A DNA stretch of 32,000 nucleotides from Aeropyrum pernix K1. Lineage in GTDB: Archaea; Thermoproteota; Thermoprotei_A; Sulfolobales; Acidilobaceae. Where the stretch lies: NCBI RefSeq assembly GCF_000011125.1, contig NC_000854.2, forward strand, positions 300,001-332,000, read 5' to 3'. Position 1 is the stretch's first letter. Every line of letters begins with the position of its first letter. Of the stretch, positions 1-8,180 are shown piece after piece. The notes beneath the pieces were generated by a model, which ran no database searches, was not told the DNA's origin, and saw only the letters and a program-made list of their open reading frames with translations. Made by a program: the position numbers and the translations under genes.

Positions 1-602
1 CCAGGAGGACCAGGGACCCGGTCTCCGGGTTCTTCGCGGTGAACCTGGAGAGGGTCAGGCCCGCCATTGTGAGCGGCCGAGGCTTCAAGATTCTACTGGA
101 GATACTGTATACAAACCCCTACGCCAGGGTAGTTGACGTCCCCTTCACATTCCGAGGGAGGAGCCGGGGCAGCAGCAAGCTCGGGCCCTCGACAATCCTT
201 GACTACCTGCTCCAGGTCCTCCAGCTCTCGAGCATACCCCGCTTCATCGCCGTCGGCGCCCTCGGCTCCCTGGTAAACCTTGCCGTCTACACGCTGGCCT
301 TCTCCGCCACCGGGGTGCACCCGCTGAGCAGCATACTAGGCTTCGAGGCCGGGCTCATACACAACGCCATACTGCACGACAGGATAACGTTCAGGAATAG
401 GAGCATGTGGAGGAGCCACAGCTTCCTTAGGAGGCTGGCCAAGTACCACGCCACCAGCGCGGCAGGCATAGCAGTCGGCGTCGCGGCCTCAACAATCTTG
501 TATAGCCTCGCAGGCCTCCACCCCCTCCTATCCCAGGCGCTGGGCATCGGAGCGGGCTTCATAGTAAACTTCACCCTAGCCTCAAGGTATATCTGGAGGT
601 AG
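1..602 (+). CDS. 3' part of a GT2 dolichyl-phosphate-sugar synthase-like glycosyltransferase with a fused GtrA-like membrane domain (5' end outside window)
   Basis: The frame of ORF 39..602 stays open to the window edge (codons from nt 3: RRTRDPVSGFFAVNLERV). DPxSGFF plus KILLEILY is the conserved tail of DPM1-type GT2 enzymes. The rest forms about four hydrophobic helices with GtrA-like blocks (LIHNAILHDRITFRN, NFTLASRYIWR). Confidence 0.7.
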   Translation, partial: RRTRDPVSGFFAVNLERVRPAIVSGRGFKILLEILYTNPYARVVDVPFTFRGRSRGSSKLGPSTILDYLLQVLQLSSIPRFIAVGALGSLVNLAVYTLAFSATGVHPLSSILGFEAGLIHNAILHDRITFRNRSMWRSHSFLRRLAKYHATSAAGIAVGVAASTILYSLAGLHPLLSQALGIGAGFIVNFTLASRYIWR

Positions 603-612
603 GTGCCGCGCC

Positions 613-1296
613 TTGGCTGGCAGCAGGCTCAGGCAGCTGGAGGAGGAGGTGAGAAGGTGCACCAGATGCCCGCTCCACGCCACGAGGACCCACGCGGTCC
701 CCGGGGAGGGCCCCGGTGAGGCGGGGGTTATGGTTGTGGGGGAGGCCCCTGGGAGGATGGAGGACAGGCTAGGCCGCCCCTTCGTCGGGCCCGCGGGGAA
801 GCTGCTGGACAGCCTGCTCGAGCTCGCCGGCCTCTCCCGGGGAGAGGTGTATATCACGAATGTGGTGAAGTGCAGGCCCCCGGGGAACAGGGATCCGAGG
901 GAGGAGGAGATAGAGGCGTGCCTCCCCTACCTTGTGGAGCAGATCAGCCTCATCAGGCCTAGGCTGGTGATAGCTGTTGGAAGGCACGCGGGGAGGACGC
1001 TCTTCAGGCTAGCAGGCCTGAGGTGGCCGGGCCTCGCCAGGGCGCGGGGTAGGGTTTGGAGGGGGAGGATAGGCGGTGTTGAGTTGTTGATAGCGGTGAC
1101 CTACCACCCGGCCGCGGCCCTCTACAACCCCGGGCTGAGGGGGGAGCTTGAGAGGGACTTCTCGGGTTTTATAAGGAGGAGCGTGGCGGAAGCCCTCTCG
1201 CGGGGCGGCGGTGGAGGGGGTGCTGGTCTGGACAGGTGGTTTTCACCAGATTCTAGAGGACCTGGCGAAGGAGCGGGCGGTGATGTAGACTCCTAG
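613..1296 (+). CDS. udg: Uracil-DNA glycosylase, family 4 (thermophilic 4Fe-4S type)
   Basis: TTG start. Family-4 UDG signatures are present: CTRCPL, VVGEAPGRMED (GEAPG motif), FVGPAGKLL, ITNVVKCRPPGNRDP and a further Cys in EIEACLPYL. The Gly-rich C-terminal tail overlaps the convergent gene by 54 nt. Confidence 0.88.
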   Translation: MAGSRLRQLEEEVRRCTRCPLHATRTHAVPGEGPGEAGVMVVGEAPGRMEDRLGRPFVGPAGKLLDSLLELAGLSRGEVYITNVVKCRPPGNRDPREEEIEACLPYLVEQISLIRPRLVIAVGRHAGRTLFRLAGLRWPGLARARGRVWRGRIGGVELLIAVTYHPAAALYNPGLRGELERDFSGFIRRSVAEALSRGGGGGGAGLDRWFSPDSRGPGEGAGGDVDS

Positions 1297-3111
1297 GGTG
1301 AATAGAAGGCCTGCGGTGGCGAAGGCGAACGCAACCACAGCACCCGTCTCGATACGCTGGGCCAGAGTATCCTGGCCCGTGGGGGCCGGCTGGGCGGGGG
1401 CCTCCAGCTGGGACTCCATAGCCTCCGCCGCTATGCTCCAGAGTATCGCGGAGGCTGTTGCCTCCTCCATCATAGCTATGGCAAGCTGGGGGTCGTCGCC
1501 CGCCAGGACCTCGGCGTACTGTATGTAGGCCTCTGTGAGGCCGCTCTGGAAGCCGAGGGAGGAGGCTCTGGCTAGGAGGACGGAGATTATAGCCTCCATC
1601 TCCCGGCGGTATAGCTCGAGGTCCTCGGGCTGGGGCGCCTCCTCGGGGGCGGCTGAGACGACCTGGAGCGTCATGCTGACGGCGTCCCTCAGGAAGCCTA
1701 TGGCGGCCACGTAGTTGCCCCTCTCCTCGTACATCCTGGCCTCGGAGACGAGTTTAGAGAGGGCAGCCAGGTAGGGTGCGAACCTGCCCTCTGGGAGGTT
1801 GTAGGCGTTTATCATGTATTCCACTAGGCTCCTACCGTAGTCGGCCGACGTGTAGCCGTACTCCCTGAACACGCTGTATATGATCCTGAGGTCCTCGGAC
1901 CTAAGCTCCCTCCCAATATCCTTAACAGCCCCCGCAGTCTTGAGCCAGCCCTCGACGCTCTCCAGCCTAGCCTTTATATAGCCCAGCTGTGCGGCGGCGC
2001 TCGACGGTTCTCCCGGGGGCGATGCCTTGAGGGACTCTATCGACGCCTCCGCGTCGGCTAGCCGAGTGTAGGCGACGGCGAGCATCTCTATGTAAAGCAT
2101 ACTGCCCTCCTTCTCCATACCGTCGAGCTCGGCCCTGAGCGACTCGAGCTCGGACTCCAGCCCGGCGAGGGCCTCACCCGGCTTCAGGCCCTCCTGCAGG
2201 CTCGCTAGGTAGCTCAGTGTGTAGGCGCGGGTGAGGGCTGTGAAGGCGAGGCTCGCCGCAGCGTAGGGTGAGTAGCGCTCCGCCTCCACACTCCTCTCTA
2301 TGAGCCCCTTTATAGCCTCGCTCTCACGGGAGTAATCCTCCCTTGGGACGCGCCCCCGGGCATCCTCCAGGGCCTTGAGGGCGTTACTCCTCATATCCTC
2401 AGCTATGCCCAGCATAGACTCGTTGAAGGCTTCAGGCAGGCCGCCCCGGTAGCTAAACGCCGGCCTGGGCCAGCCCATGAGGCTTAGGGCGTCAAGCACC
2501 CCTGCAACAGCAGCGTAGCTGCAGTCCGGCGGCGCGTCGGCCTTGTTCGAGAGGGGTATGGCGAGGACATAGCCCTCCCTGTTGGCTGCGGCGCATTTAG
2601 CGGGTATCCCCCCCACCTTAGCCGCAAGACCTCCGGGTGTTATAGCCCCTGTTATGACGTAGCCGTAGTTACCGTGAACCGATACATCGTCATAGCCGGC
2701 CGCCGCCATAACGACGGCCACGGCCGTTGCGAGGCTACCGCTAGGCCCCGCCACGGGTCCCTGGCTCCTTATGGATATGGAGACCTCCACGCTCCTACAA
2801 GAGACCCCTGCTAGGAGTAGGGCGTTGAGTGCCGCCATCTTCATGCTAAGCTCGGTAGTGGGGTCAACCTCCCCGCCGGCCACAACCTTGAAACCGCCTC
2901 CCGGAGACGGCTTGACACTCAGCGTAGCCTCTATAAGCCTCCCCCTCGAGTCCGACTCACCCTCCACGGCCGGCAGGAGGTAGTAGATTGTCCTGGCGTC
3001 GTCCCCCGACGCCGCCGTGGAGGGGGCTGCTAGGGAGGTTAGCACTATCGCCAGCACCAGCAAGGCCCAAGAGAAGCCCGCCGACCTGGACGTTTTCCGG
3101 CCATTCAGCAT
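1243..3111 (-). CDS. Membrane-anchored, probably extracytoplasmic protein with a Lon-type (S16) proteolytic domain, no ATPase domain, a long helical region and a C-terminal TM anchor
   Basis: The segment SISIRSQGPVAGPSGSLATAV...ITGAITPGGLAAKVGGIPAKCAAANREGYVLAIPLSNK matches the Lon_C pattern (GPSAG Ser; TGEI..G.V..VGG..EK..AA Lys; viiP..N). The candidate dyad is Ser codon 2740-2742 and Lys codon 2596-2598. N-terminal signal/TM is GFSWALLVLAIVLTSLAAPS; C-terminal TM is GAVVAFAFATAGLLFTLGVYI. I prefer ATG 3111 over the ORF-track GTG 3153, because the TATA-like atatagatt near 3170 would put the transcription start below 3153. Confidence 0.7.
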   Translation of the reverse strand: MLNGRKTSRSAGFSWALLVLAIVLTSLAAPSTAASGDDARTIYYLLPAVEGESDSRGRLIEATLSVKPSPGGGFKVVAGGEVDPTTELSMKMAALNALLLAGVSCRSVEVSISIRSQGPVAGPSGSLATAVAVVMAAAGYDDVSVHGNYGYVITGAITPGGLAAKVGGIPAKCAAANREGYVLAIPLSNKADAPPDCSYAAVAGVLDALSLMGWPRPAFSYRGGLPEAFNESMLGIAEDMRSNALKALEDARGRVPREDYSRESEAIKGLIERSVEAERYSPYAAASLAFTALTRAYTLSYLASLQEGLKPGEALAGLESELESLRAELDGMEKEGSMLYIEMLAVAYTRLADAEASIESLKASPPGEPSSAAAQLGYIKARLESVEGWLKTAGAVKDIGRELRSEDLRIIYSVFREYGYTSADYGRSLVEYMINAYNLPEGRFAPYLAALSKLVSEARMYEERGNYVAAIGFLRDAVSMTLQVVSAAPEEAPQPEDLELYRREMEAIISVLLARASSLGFQSGLTEAYIQYAEVLAGDDPQLAIAMMEEATASAILWSIAAEAMESQLEAPAQPAPTGQDTLAQRIETGAVVAFAFATAGLLFTLGVYITARSFARSSRIW

Positions 3112-3159
3112 AGTCCACCCCAGCACCTCAGCCTGGCTAACCACAGGTAACACGGGCAG

Positions 3160-3216
3160 TGTTAATCTATATCCTCTAGATAGTTAGGGGCCCCGCGTCG
3201 GATTAATAATATTACC
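3160..3216. promoter_or_regulatory. Divergent promoter region with two AT-rich TATA-like boxes
   Basis: The 90-nt gap between the divergent genes contains ttaatctatatcc (about 3160-3175) and gattaataatattacc (3201-3216), each about 25-45 nt from the respective start codons. Confidence 0.4.
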
Positions 3217-3243
3217 TAGGGGTGGACAAACCGTATAGTTGAG

Positions 3244-3786
3244 GTGAGTGCCAGCGTGGCCCGTAAGAGGAGGGAGTCGAAGAAGGAGGGGGAGGGCGGC
3301 GAGAAGAGCAAGGACCTCAAGATAATAAGCGTTGAGGTTGTGACCAGGGACAAGGTTGTGAAGAACCCCAGGCAGATGGCCCTACTCTACCTGATAGACA
3401 GGCTAGGGCCTATACACGAGAGGACTCTCCAGATTATAGCCCACGAGCTCCAGCAGAGGGGAGCTCAGCTGGGCTACGAGTTCAAGATCGTCGCCGGCGT
3501 CCCCTACAGCCCCGAGTTTAAGAACGACCTTATAGCCCTCGCCTACGTTGGCTTCGTAGAGGTGAACCCGAGGAGGAACAGGAGGCTCCAGACCACCAAC
3601 GACGGTAAGGAGGCGCTGGAGAAGCACGGCGCCCCAAAGGGTGTTGTCGAGGTCCTCGAGAAGCATTATGAGGAGATAAGGAACATAGCCTCCCTCGAGG
3701 ACTGGAAGGTGGACGAGCACCTGAAAACGATCAAGCAGCTCAAGGGCGCAAGGAGGAGGGAACCCTTCGGCGGGCTAGGCTTCTAA
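3244..3786 (+). CDS. Hypothetical protein (Lys/Glu-rich N-terminus plus a compact, possibly winged-helix-like domain)
   Basis: ORF with host-like codon usage. Notable blocks are LLYLIDRLGPIHERTL and VPYSPEFKNDLIALAYVGFVEV; I cannot assign a family by eye. GAGGTGA at 3241-3247 is a good Shine-Dalgarno for an alternative in-frame GTG at 3256. Confidence 0.55.
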   Translation: MSASVARKRRESKKEGEGGEKSKDLKIISVEVVTRDKVVKNPRQMALLYLIDRLGPIHERTLQIIAHELQQRGAQLGYEFKIVAGVPYSPEFKNDLIALAYVGFVEVNPRRNRRLQTTNDGKEALEKHGAPKGVVEVLEKHYEEIRNIASLEDWKVDEHLKTIKQLKGARRREPFGGLGF

Positions 3787-3832
3787 CCCCCGAGCCCCCT
3801 CCCGGGGGGGTACCTGGTTTTGGTGCGCCAGC

Positions 3833-4396
3833 GTGAGTAGGGGCAGGGTTCCCTGGGTTTTGAGGAGTGTTGTCCAGCACAGGCTCTCCCTCTTCCTCTA
3901 CGGCGCTCCCGGTAGTGGTAAGAGCCTTATAGCCCACTACATGGGCTCGAGGGCTGTGGAGGCGGGTCTGCGGGTTTGCCACTTCTACACCCCCCCTAAC
4001 AAGCCGAGGAATGTTGTGGAGGGGGTTATGTATCGGGAGGTCCTTGACATGTCCGGGCTGGCTTCAAGCCTCCTCTCTGCGTCCCTCGGGAGGTGCAGCT
4101 TCCTGGTTGTGGATACTATAAACGAGCTGTATAGGCTCGAACCCACGATAGAGTCGGTGTCGATGCTGGCTATGGCCGCGTCCGCCGTGCGTTCGACAGG
4201 AGGTGTTGCGCTGGGTGTGGCGTCCCTGAGGGATGGCGAGGAGTCTACACCCGGCTACAGCGTCCTCGAACCCTACTTCCACTTTATAGGGAGGATTTAT
4301 AGGCTGGGGGTAGGGTTCGCCCTGGAGCTCCTGAAGCCTTCCAGAAAAATATTCTACCTGAGATACTCGGGTAGCGGGGGTGTTGTGTGGCTCTAG
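3833..4396 (+). CDS. Small RecA-superfamily ATPase (KaiC/RadC-like single domain)
   Basis: Walker A is LFLYGAPGSGKSLIAHY; Walker B-like is CSFLVVDTINELY. Its 187-aa size and layout resemble archaeal RadA-paralog/KaiC-like proteins. GTG start; the 3' end overlaps carS by 10 nt. Confidence 0.65.
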   Translation: MSRGRVPWVLRSVVQHRLSLFLYGAPGSGKSLIAHYMGSRAVEAGLRVCHFYTPPNKPRNVVEGVMYREVLDMSGLASSLLSASLGRCSFLVVDTINELYRLEPTIESVSMLAMAASAVRSTGGVALGVASLRDGEESTPGYSVLEPYFHFIGRIYRLGVGFALELLKPSRKIFYLRYSGSGGVVWL

Positions 4397-4911
4397 AGCT
4401 GGCGGTGGACTGGAGGATCGACAACATACTGGAGGCCATCATACTTATGCTCCCCGCCATGATAGCCAACGCCACGCCCGTCGTGGCTGGAGGGAGGAGG
4501 CCGGTAGACATGGGTGTCGTGCTGCCAGACGGCAGGAGGCTCCTGGGCGACGGGAAGACTATTGAAGGCCTACTGGCAGGCTTCGCCGCGGGATCCGCGG
4601 CCGGGGTCTTGGCGGCGCTAGCCTCAGGTAACATGCTGCTGGCAGTGCACTCACCCGCCATAGCCTTAGGCGCCCTAGCCGGCGACATGGCCGGCTCCTT
4701 CGTCAAGAGAAGGCTCGGAATAGAGAGGGGAAGGCCGGCCCCCCTGCTCGACCAGCTTGACTTCTACCTGGGCGCCCTGGCTGTGTCCATAGCCCTGGGC
4801 TACACATGGACCCCCAGAGTCGCTGTAGAGGCGGCGGCCGCCGTTCTCCTGCTACACCTAGCGGCGAACATTACAGCATACCTACTGGGGCTCAAGAAGG
4901 TCCCCTGGTGA
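4387..4911 (+). CDS. carS: CDP-archaeol synthase (CDP-2,3-bis-O-geranylgeranyl-sn-glycerol synthase, DUF46 family)
   Basis: Polytopic membrane protein. LPAMIANATPVV...RPVDMG...DGRRLLGDGKTIEGLLAG...GDMAGSFVKRRLG is the characteristic CarS/UPF0290 pattern. Confidence 0.8.
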   Translation: MALELAVDWRIDNILEAIILMLPAMIANATPVVAGGRRPVDMGVVLPDGRRLLGDGKTIEGLLAGFAAGSAAGVLAALASGNMLLAVHSPAIALGALAGDMAGSFVKRRLGIERGRPAPLLDQLDFYLGALAVSIALGYTWTPRVAVEAAAAVLLLHLAANITAYLLGLKKVPW

Positions 4912-4994
4912 GGAGACCCGCTATAAACACCAGGGGAGCAGCCTGTTTTAAGAACGGAACGCCCGAAGGCGGGGGGCGCGGGGGGCCCGCCGCG

Positions 4995-5171
4995 CTAGGG
5001 GGGTATGAGGCCTAGCTTCTTCTGGAGCTCGTACCTGTACTTTATAAACCTGTTGTCCGGCGAGAACCTGGGCGGGTGTGGAACCGCCACTGGCCCACCG
5101 CAGACGGGGCAGGCGTCCCTGCGTAGTGTGTACCTGCCGCACCTCCTGCACTTCCTCAGAAGCCACTGCAA
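4995..5171 (-). CDS. nop10: H/ACA RNP component Nop10 (58 aa; absent from the supplied ORF track)
   Basis: Hand translation of the minus strand from TTG 5171-5169 to TAG 4997-4995 gives (M)QWLLRKCRRCGRYTLRRDACPVCGGPVAVPHPPRFSPDNRFIKYRYELQKKLGLIPP. This has the Nop10 zinc ribbon (CxxC...CxxC) and the PPRFSPxD..KYR tail. It lies directly downstream of aIF2-alpha, as in many archaea. Confidence 0.88.
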   Translation of the reverse strand: MQWLLRKCRRCGRYTLRRDACPVCGGPVAVPHPPRFSPDNRFIKYRYELQKKLGLIPP

Positions 5172-5191
5172 CCTCGCTTCCCCGCAGCCCC

Positions 5192-6025
5192 CTAGTCTTC
5201 TCTCTCGAAGGAGAATTCTACGCCCAGTTTGGAAGCGGTCTTCCTGGCTGCTTCAACCATCTTCTCCAGGGCCTTCTCCAGCGTCTTGTAGTTGTAGCCC
5301 TGCAGCTCCACTCTGTACTTGGGGGCGCCGACGGTGTATATCCTGGCTACTACTTTCGAGTCTTTGAAGCTCTCTATCTGCGACTTGGCTGCCTCGAGGA
5401 CTTTCCTCACCCTCTCGACGCCGTCGCCAGCCATGCTCCTGAGAGTGAGGTAGAATGTTATCTTGACAGTTTTAACCCTCACGTGAGTCTTCGCAGTCTC
5501 GAGAAGGGGCTCTATCCACTCTTCGGGCACTCCAGCCTTCTCCAGAGCCTCTCTACCCTGCAGGACAGCCGCCTCCAGCCCCTTCATCGGGTCGCCGTAG
5601 GCGTCCTCTAGCTTCCAGAGGACCTCCCTGTAGGCCTCGTCCACGCTCTTCCCAAGCTTCTCAGCTATAAGCTCGACGAGGGTGGCCGCCTTGAGGTACC
5701 TCTTGTAGAACATCATCTTCCTCTTCTTCTCACTATCCATAACCCTCTTCAGGCTGACATCCACCTGGCCCCTCTTCTTGTAGACCCTAATGACCTTCAC
5801 AACAACCTTCTGGCGGGGCTTGAGGACAGCGTGTATATTCCTCACCGCCCTGCTGGCTATCTCGCTCCAGGGGAGGAAAGCCCTTACACCCCCATACTCG
5901 TCGAGTATAAGGTAGGCTCCGTAGTCGTGGACCTCCTGCACAGTGCCTACGACAATCTCCCCGACATCGGGAAGAGGCTTCCTTGGTTTGAGAAGCTTAA
6001 CCTCTACACCGCCCTCCTCGCTCAA
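5192..6025 (-). CDS. eif2a: Translation initiation factor aIF2 alpha subunit
   Basis: N-terminal S1 domain (LPDVGEIVVGTVQEVHDYGAYLILDEYGGVRAFLPWSEIASR...VKVIRVYKKRGQVDVSLKRV) followed by the helical and alpha-beta domains. TTG start. A TATA-like catttatcac lies near 6070 upstream. Confidence 0.92.
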   Translation of the reverse strand: MSEEGGVEVKLLKPRKPLPDVGEIVVGTVQEVHDYGAYLILDEYGGVRAFLPWSEIASRAVRNIHAVLKPRQKVVVKVIRVYKKRGQVDVSLKRVMDSEKKRKMMFYKRYLKAATLVELIAEKLGKSVDEAYREVLWKLEDAYGDPMKGLEAAVLQGREALEKAGVPEEWIEPLLETAKTHVRVKTVKITFYLTLRSMAGDGVERVRKVLEAAKSQIESFKDSKVVARIYTVGAPKYRVELQGYNYKTLEKALEKMVEAARKTASKLGVEFSFERED

Positions 6026-6120
6026 GCCTCAGAAACACCCCCGGGGAGAGTATTCCCGGGTGAGGAGTGATAAATGAGCCGGAAACCCCCAGGGGGTGGG
6101 GTTTGGAGGCGGGGGTGAGG

Positions 6121-6342
6121 CTAGCCGTAAATCCTCTCTATCTTGCCGAGTATCCTAGCCTTGCCGCCCGTGGGTTCGACGAGGACCTCGCCGCAGTTGA
6201 GGCACCGGGCTCTGAAGGTGGAGTGGCTGAAGACCACCTGCCTGTTACCGCACTTCGGGCAGGTGACTAGGAGGAACCTGCTGCGGGGCCTCGGTATGAG
6301 CACCTTCCGCCTCCTTATGGGTAGGGGCGGTGCGAACGCCAT
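6121..6342 (-). CDS. rps27e: 30S ribosomal protein S27e
   Basis: C4 zinc ribbon [37 protein letters not shown], typical of eS27. Confidence 0.92.
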   Translation of the reverse strand: MAFAPPLPIRRRKVLIPRPRSRFLLVTCPKCGNRQVVFSHSTFRARCLNCGEVLVEPTGGKARILGKIERIYG

Positions 6343-6358
6343 CCCAGGCTACACCCCC

Positions 6359-6646
6359 TTACCTCACTACATCAACTAGTTCGAGCCTCTTCAGCCTTAT
6401 CCCCAGGAACGGCCTCTTCCTGCCGCAGACCGTGCAGGTTATGACTAGCACCTGCTTCTTGGTGACTTTTGCGAACCTCTTCTGCTCCGGCCTCCTCTGG
6501 CTACCGTAGCCCTCCTGCTTCCTCCTATACCTCCTCTCGCCGAGGGCCATAGCCCTCCTCTTACCAGCCCTGTACTGGGCTACCCTGTGCTCTGTGTGGG
6601 TGTTGCACCTGGGGCAGTAGGTTCTGATCCTCTTCGGGAACTTCAA
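6359..6646 (-). CDS. rpl44e: 50S ribosomal protein L44e (eL42)
   Basis: [22 protein letters not shown]...[22 protein letters not shown]...CTVCGRK matches eL42. Confidence 0.92.
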   Translation of the reverse strand: MKFPKRIRTYCPRCNTHTEHRVAQYRAGKRRAMALGERRYRRKQEGYGSQRRPEQKRFAKVTKKQVLVITCTVCGRKRPFLGIRLKRLELVDVVR

Positions 6647-6673
6647 TCCAGCTCCACACCCCTCCTGGTAGTC

Positions 6674-7162
6674 TCAGGGGTTAGAGGGTTTTAAGCGTAG
6701 GGTTTTAGCGTTGCTCTCCACGAGGCTCACGAGACCAGCCACGTACAGCCTTGCCGCCAGCCCTGGGCCGGCGGCCGTCACCTCCCCTTTAAGCAGCCTG
6801 ACCCTCCCTCCCATTATAGTCGCCTCAGACCTTACGAGGACCTCCTCGCCGTGGAGGGGGAGGAGGCCCGAGATGTAGTTGGCGTAGAACTCCACGAGGC
6901 TGCCGAGGGCTTCGAGGACATCCCTGTCAACACCCTTGTAGCCGGGGTCTCCGTAGAGGTCGACCAGCCTCTTCAACGCTATCCCGCGGGAGAGTCTGAG
7001 GAGCCTCTCGAGGTAGGCGCTGCAGTAGTCCCTGGAGGCGGAGCAGTAGTTGGCCAGCGCCTCCCTGGCCTCCCTGAGGGACTCGCTCCCGAGGACCTCG
7101 TGGGACCCGGAGACTGCCTTATAAGGGCCTCCAGCCGGCAGCCGCTCTGACAACAACCTCAC
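6674..7162 (-). CDS. Hypothetical protein in the position occupied by GINS subunit Gins15 (GINS51 family) in Sulfolobus; assigned by synteny only
   Basis: 162-aa ORF immediately downstream of priS. GTG start 7162 overlaps the priS 3' end by 44 nt, and no other in-frame start occurs before codon 64. In crenarchaea the gene after priS encodes Gins15. The size and the helical N-half plus small beta C-half (VLVRSEATIMGGRVRLLKGEVTAA) fit, but I do not recognise a diagnostic motif. Confidence 0.45.
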   Translation of the reverse strand: MRLLSERLPAGGPYKAVSGSHEVLGSESLREAREALANYCSASRDYCSAYLERLLRLSRGIALKRLVDLYGDPGYKGVDRDVLEALGSLVEFYANYISGLLPLHGEEVLVRSEATIMGGRVRLLKGEVTAAGPGLAARLYVAGLVSLVESNAKTLRLKPSNP

Positions 7163-8180
7163 CCCCAGCTACAGCCCCGTATCCCTTCAGTTGGAGAAGC
7201 ACAGCTATATGGGCCGGCATGCTGTAAACCCTGCCGGGCTCCAGGGACACCGTGCGGCCCAGTATCCGCGACTCCTCGAGCCTCGCCGAGGCCCTGAACT
7301 CGACCTCACCCCTGAAGGGGGAGAGCCAGTCGCCGGGGTGGAATCCCTCCAGCCCCAGCCTAGCCACGAGGAGGCCGGCTTTGCCGTTGAGGCTGCCCAC
7401 GATCCTTGCGAGCCTAGATATATCCTGGGTCACCTTCACATCTATAGCCACCCTCACGTCGTCCAGGAGGTCCTCGATAGCCTCGTGCACTGCAGAGAGG
7501 TCAACGCCCCTCTCCAACGCGGCCCTAGCTATCCACCCCCTAAGCCCGGGATCGTCGGGCGAGGGTGGCGCGGGCCTCACGCCCCTCCTCCCCGGCCGTG
7601 GTATTATGAGTTCGAGCCTCAAGCCCTCCAGGGTGAAATACCTGGCTATCTCCCTCCTCTCCTCTCTACCCAGCCTCCGGCACCAACCGCAGTCGGCGAG
7701 GACGTGGAACCCCCTGTTGCCTGTGAAGTAGAGGGTCGAGGGGACCCCGAAGTCGCGGTAGAGGGCCTCGACAAGCCTGACAGCCTGCTTGTAGCCGCGG
7801 GAGAGGCAGCTGTCCCCGAGGACCTCGCCGCAGCCCTCTAGGCTGTCGACGTCGATGTCGAACATTAGCTCGCTGCCCAGCCACCCCTTCTCCTCCATAC
7901 TCCTGGCCGTGGGTAGGCTGTACCTCGCTACAGAGTAGTAGGCGTTCTTAGGGGCTTCTCTAGCCATGTAGGAGAGAAGCTCCTCCATGCTATCGAAGCC
8001 GATGTGCCTTACGTAAACATCCCCGTCGAAGAGCTGGAAGGCGAACTCCCTGTAGGCTATATCCCTAGGCTCCTCCACGGGGGGGCTGAGGGAGTAGTAG
8101 GCCTTAAACAGCCTCCTGGGGTCCAGGCCCCCCCGAGCCTCTACCACAGCCTCCCTCCTACTCGATCTTCGGCGATACAT
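7119..8180 (-). CDS. priS: DNA primase small (catalytic) subunit PriS
   Basis: The catalytic acidic motif ELMFDIDVD, YFTGNRGFHV and the overall AEP-primase layout are present. Overlaps the pcna 3' end by 23 nt. Confidence 0.9.
   Translation of the reverse strand: MYRRRSSRREAVVEARGGLDPRRLFKAYYSLSPPVEEPRDIAYREFAFQLFDGDVYVRHIGFDSMEELLSYMAREAPKNAYYSVARYSLPTARSMEEKGWLGSELMFDIDVDSLEGCGEVLGDSCLSRGYKQAVRLVEALYRDFGVPSTLYFTGNRGFHVLADCGWCRRLGREERREIARYFTLEGLRLELIIPRPGRRGVRPAPPSPDDPGLRGWIARAALERGVDLSAVHEAIEDLLDDVRVAIDVKVTQDISRLARIVGSLNGKAGLLVARLGLEGFHPGDWLSPFRGEVEFRASARLEESRILGRTVSLEPGRVYSMPAHIAVLLQLKGYGAVAGGEVVVRAAAGWRPL

Noticed and set aside
4948-5166. 72-aa minus-strand ORF from the track
   Set aside because: This is a wrong-frame reading over nop10. 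The shifted frame gives a canonical Nop10 protein.
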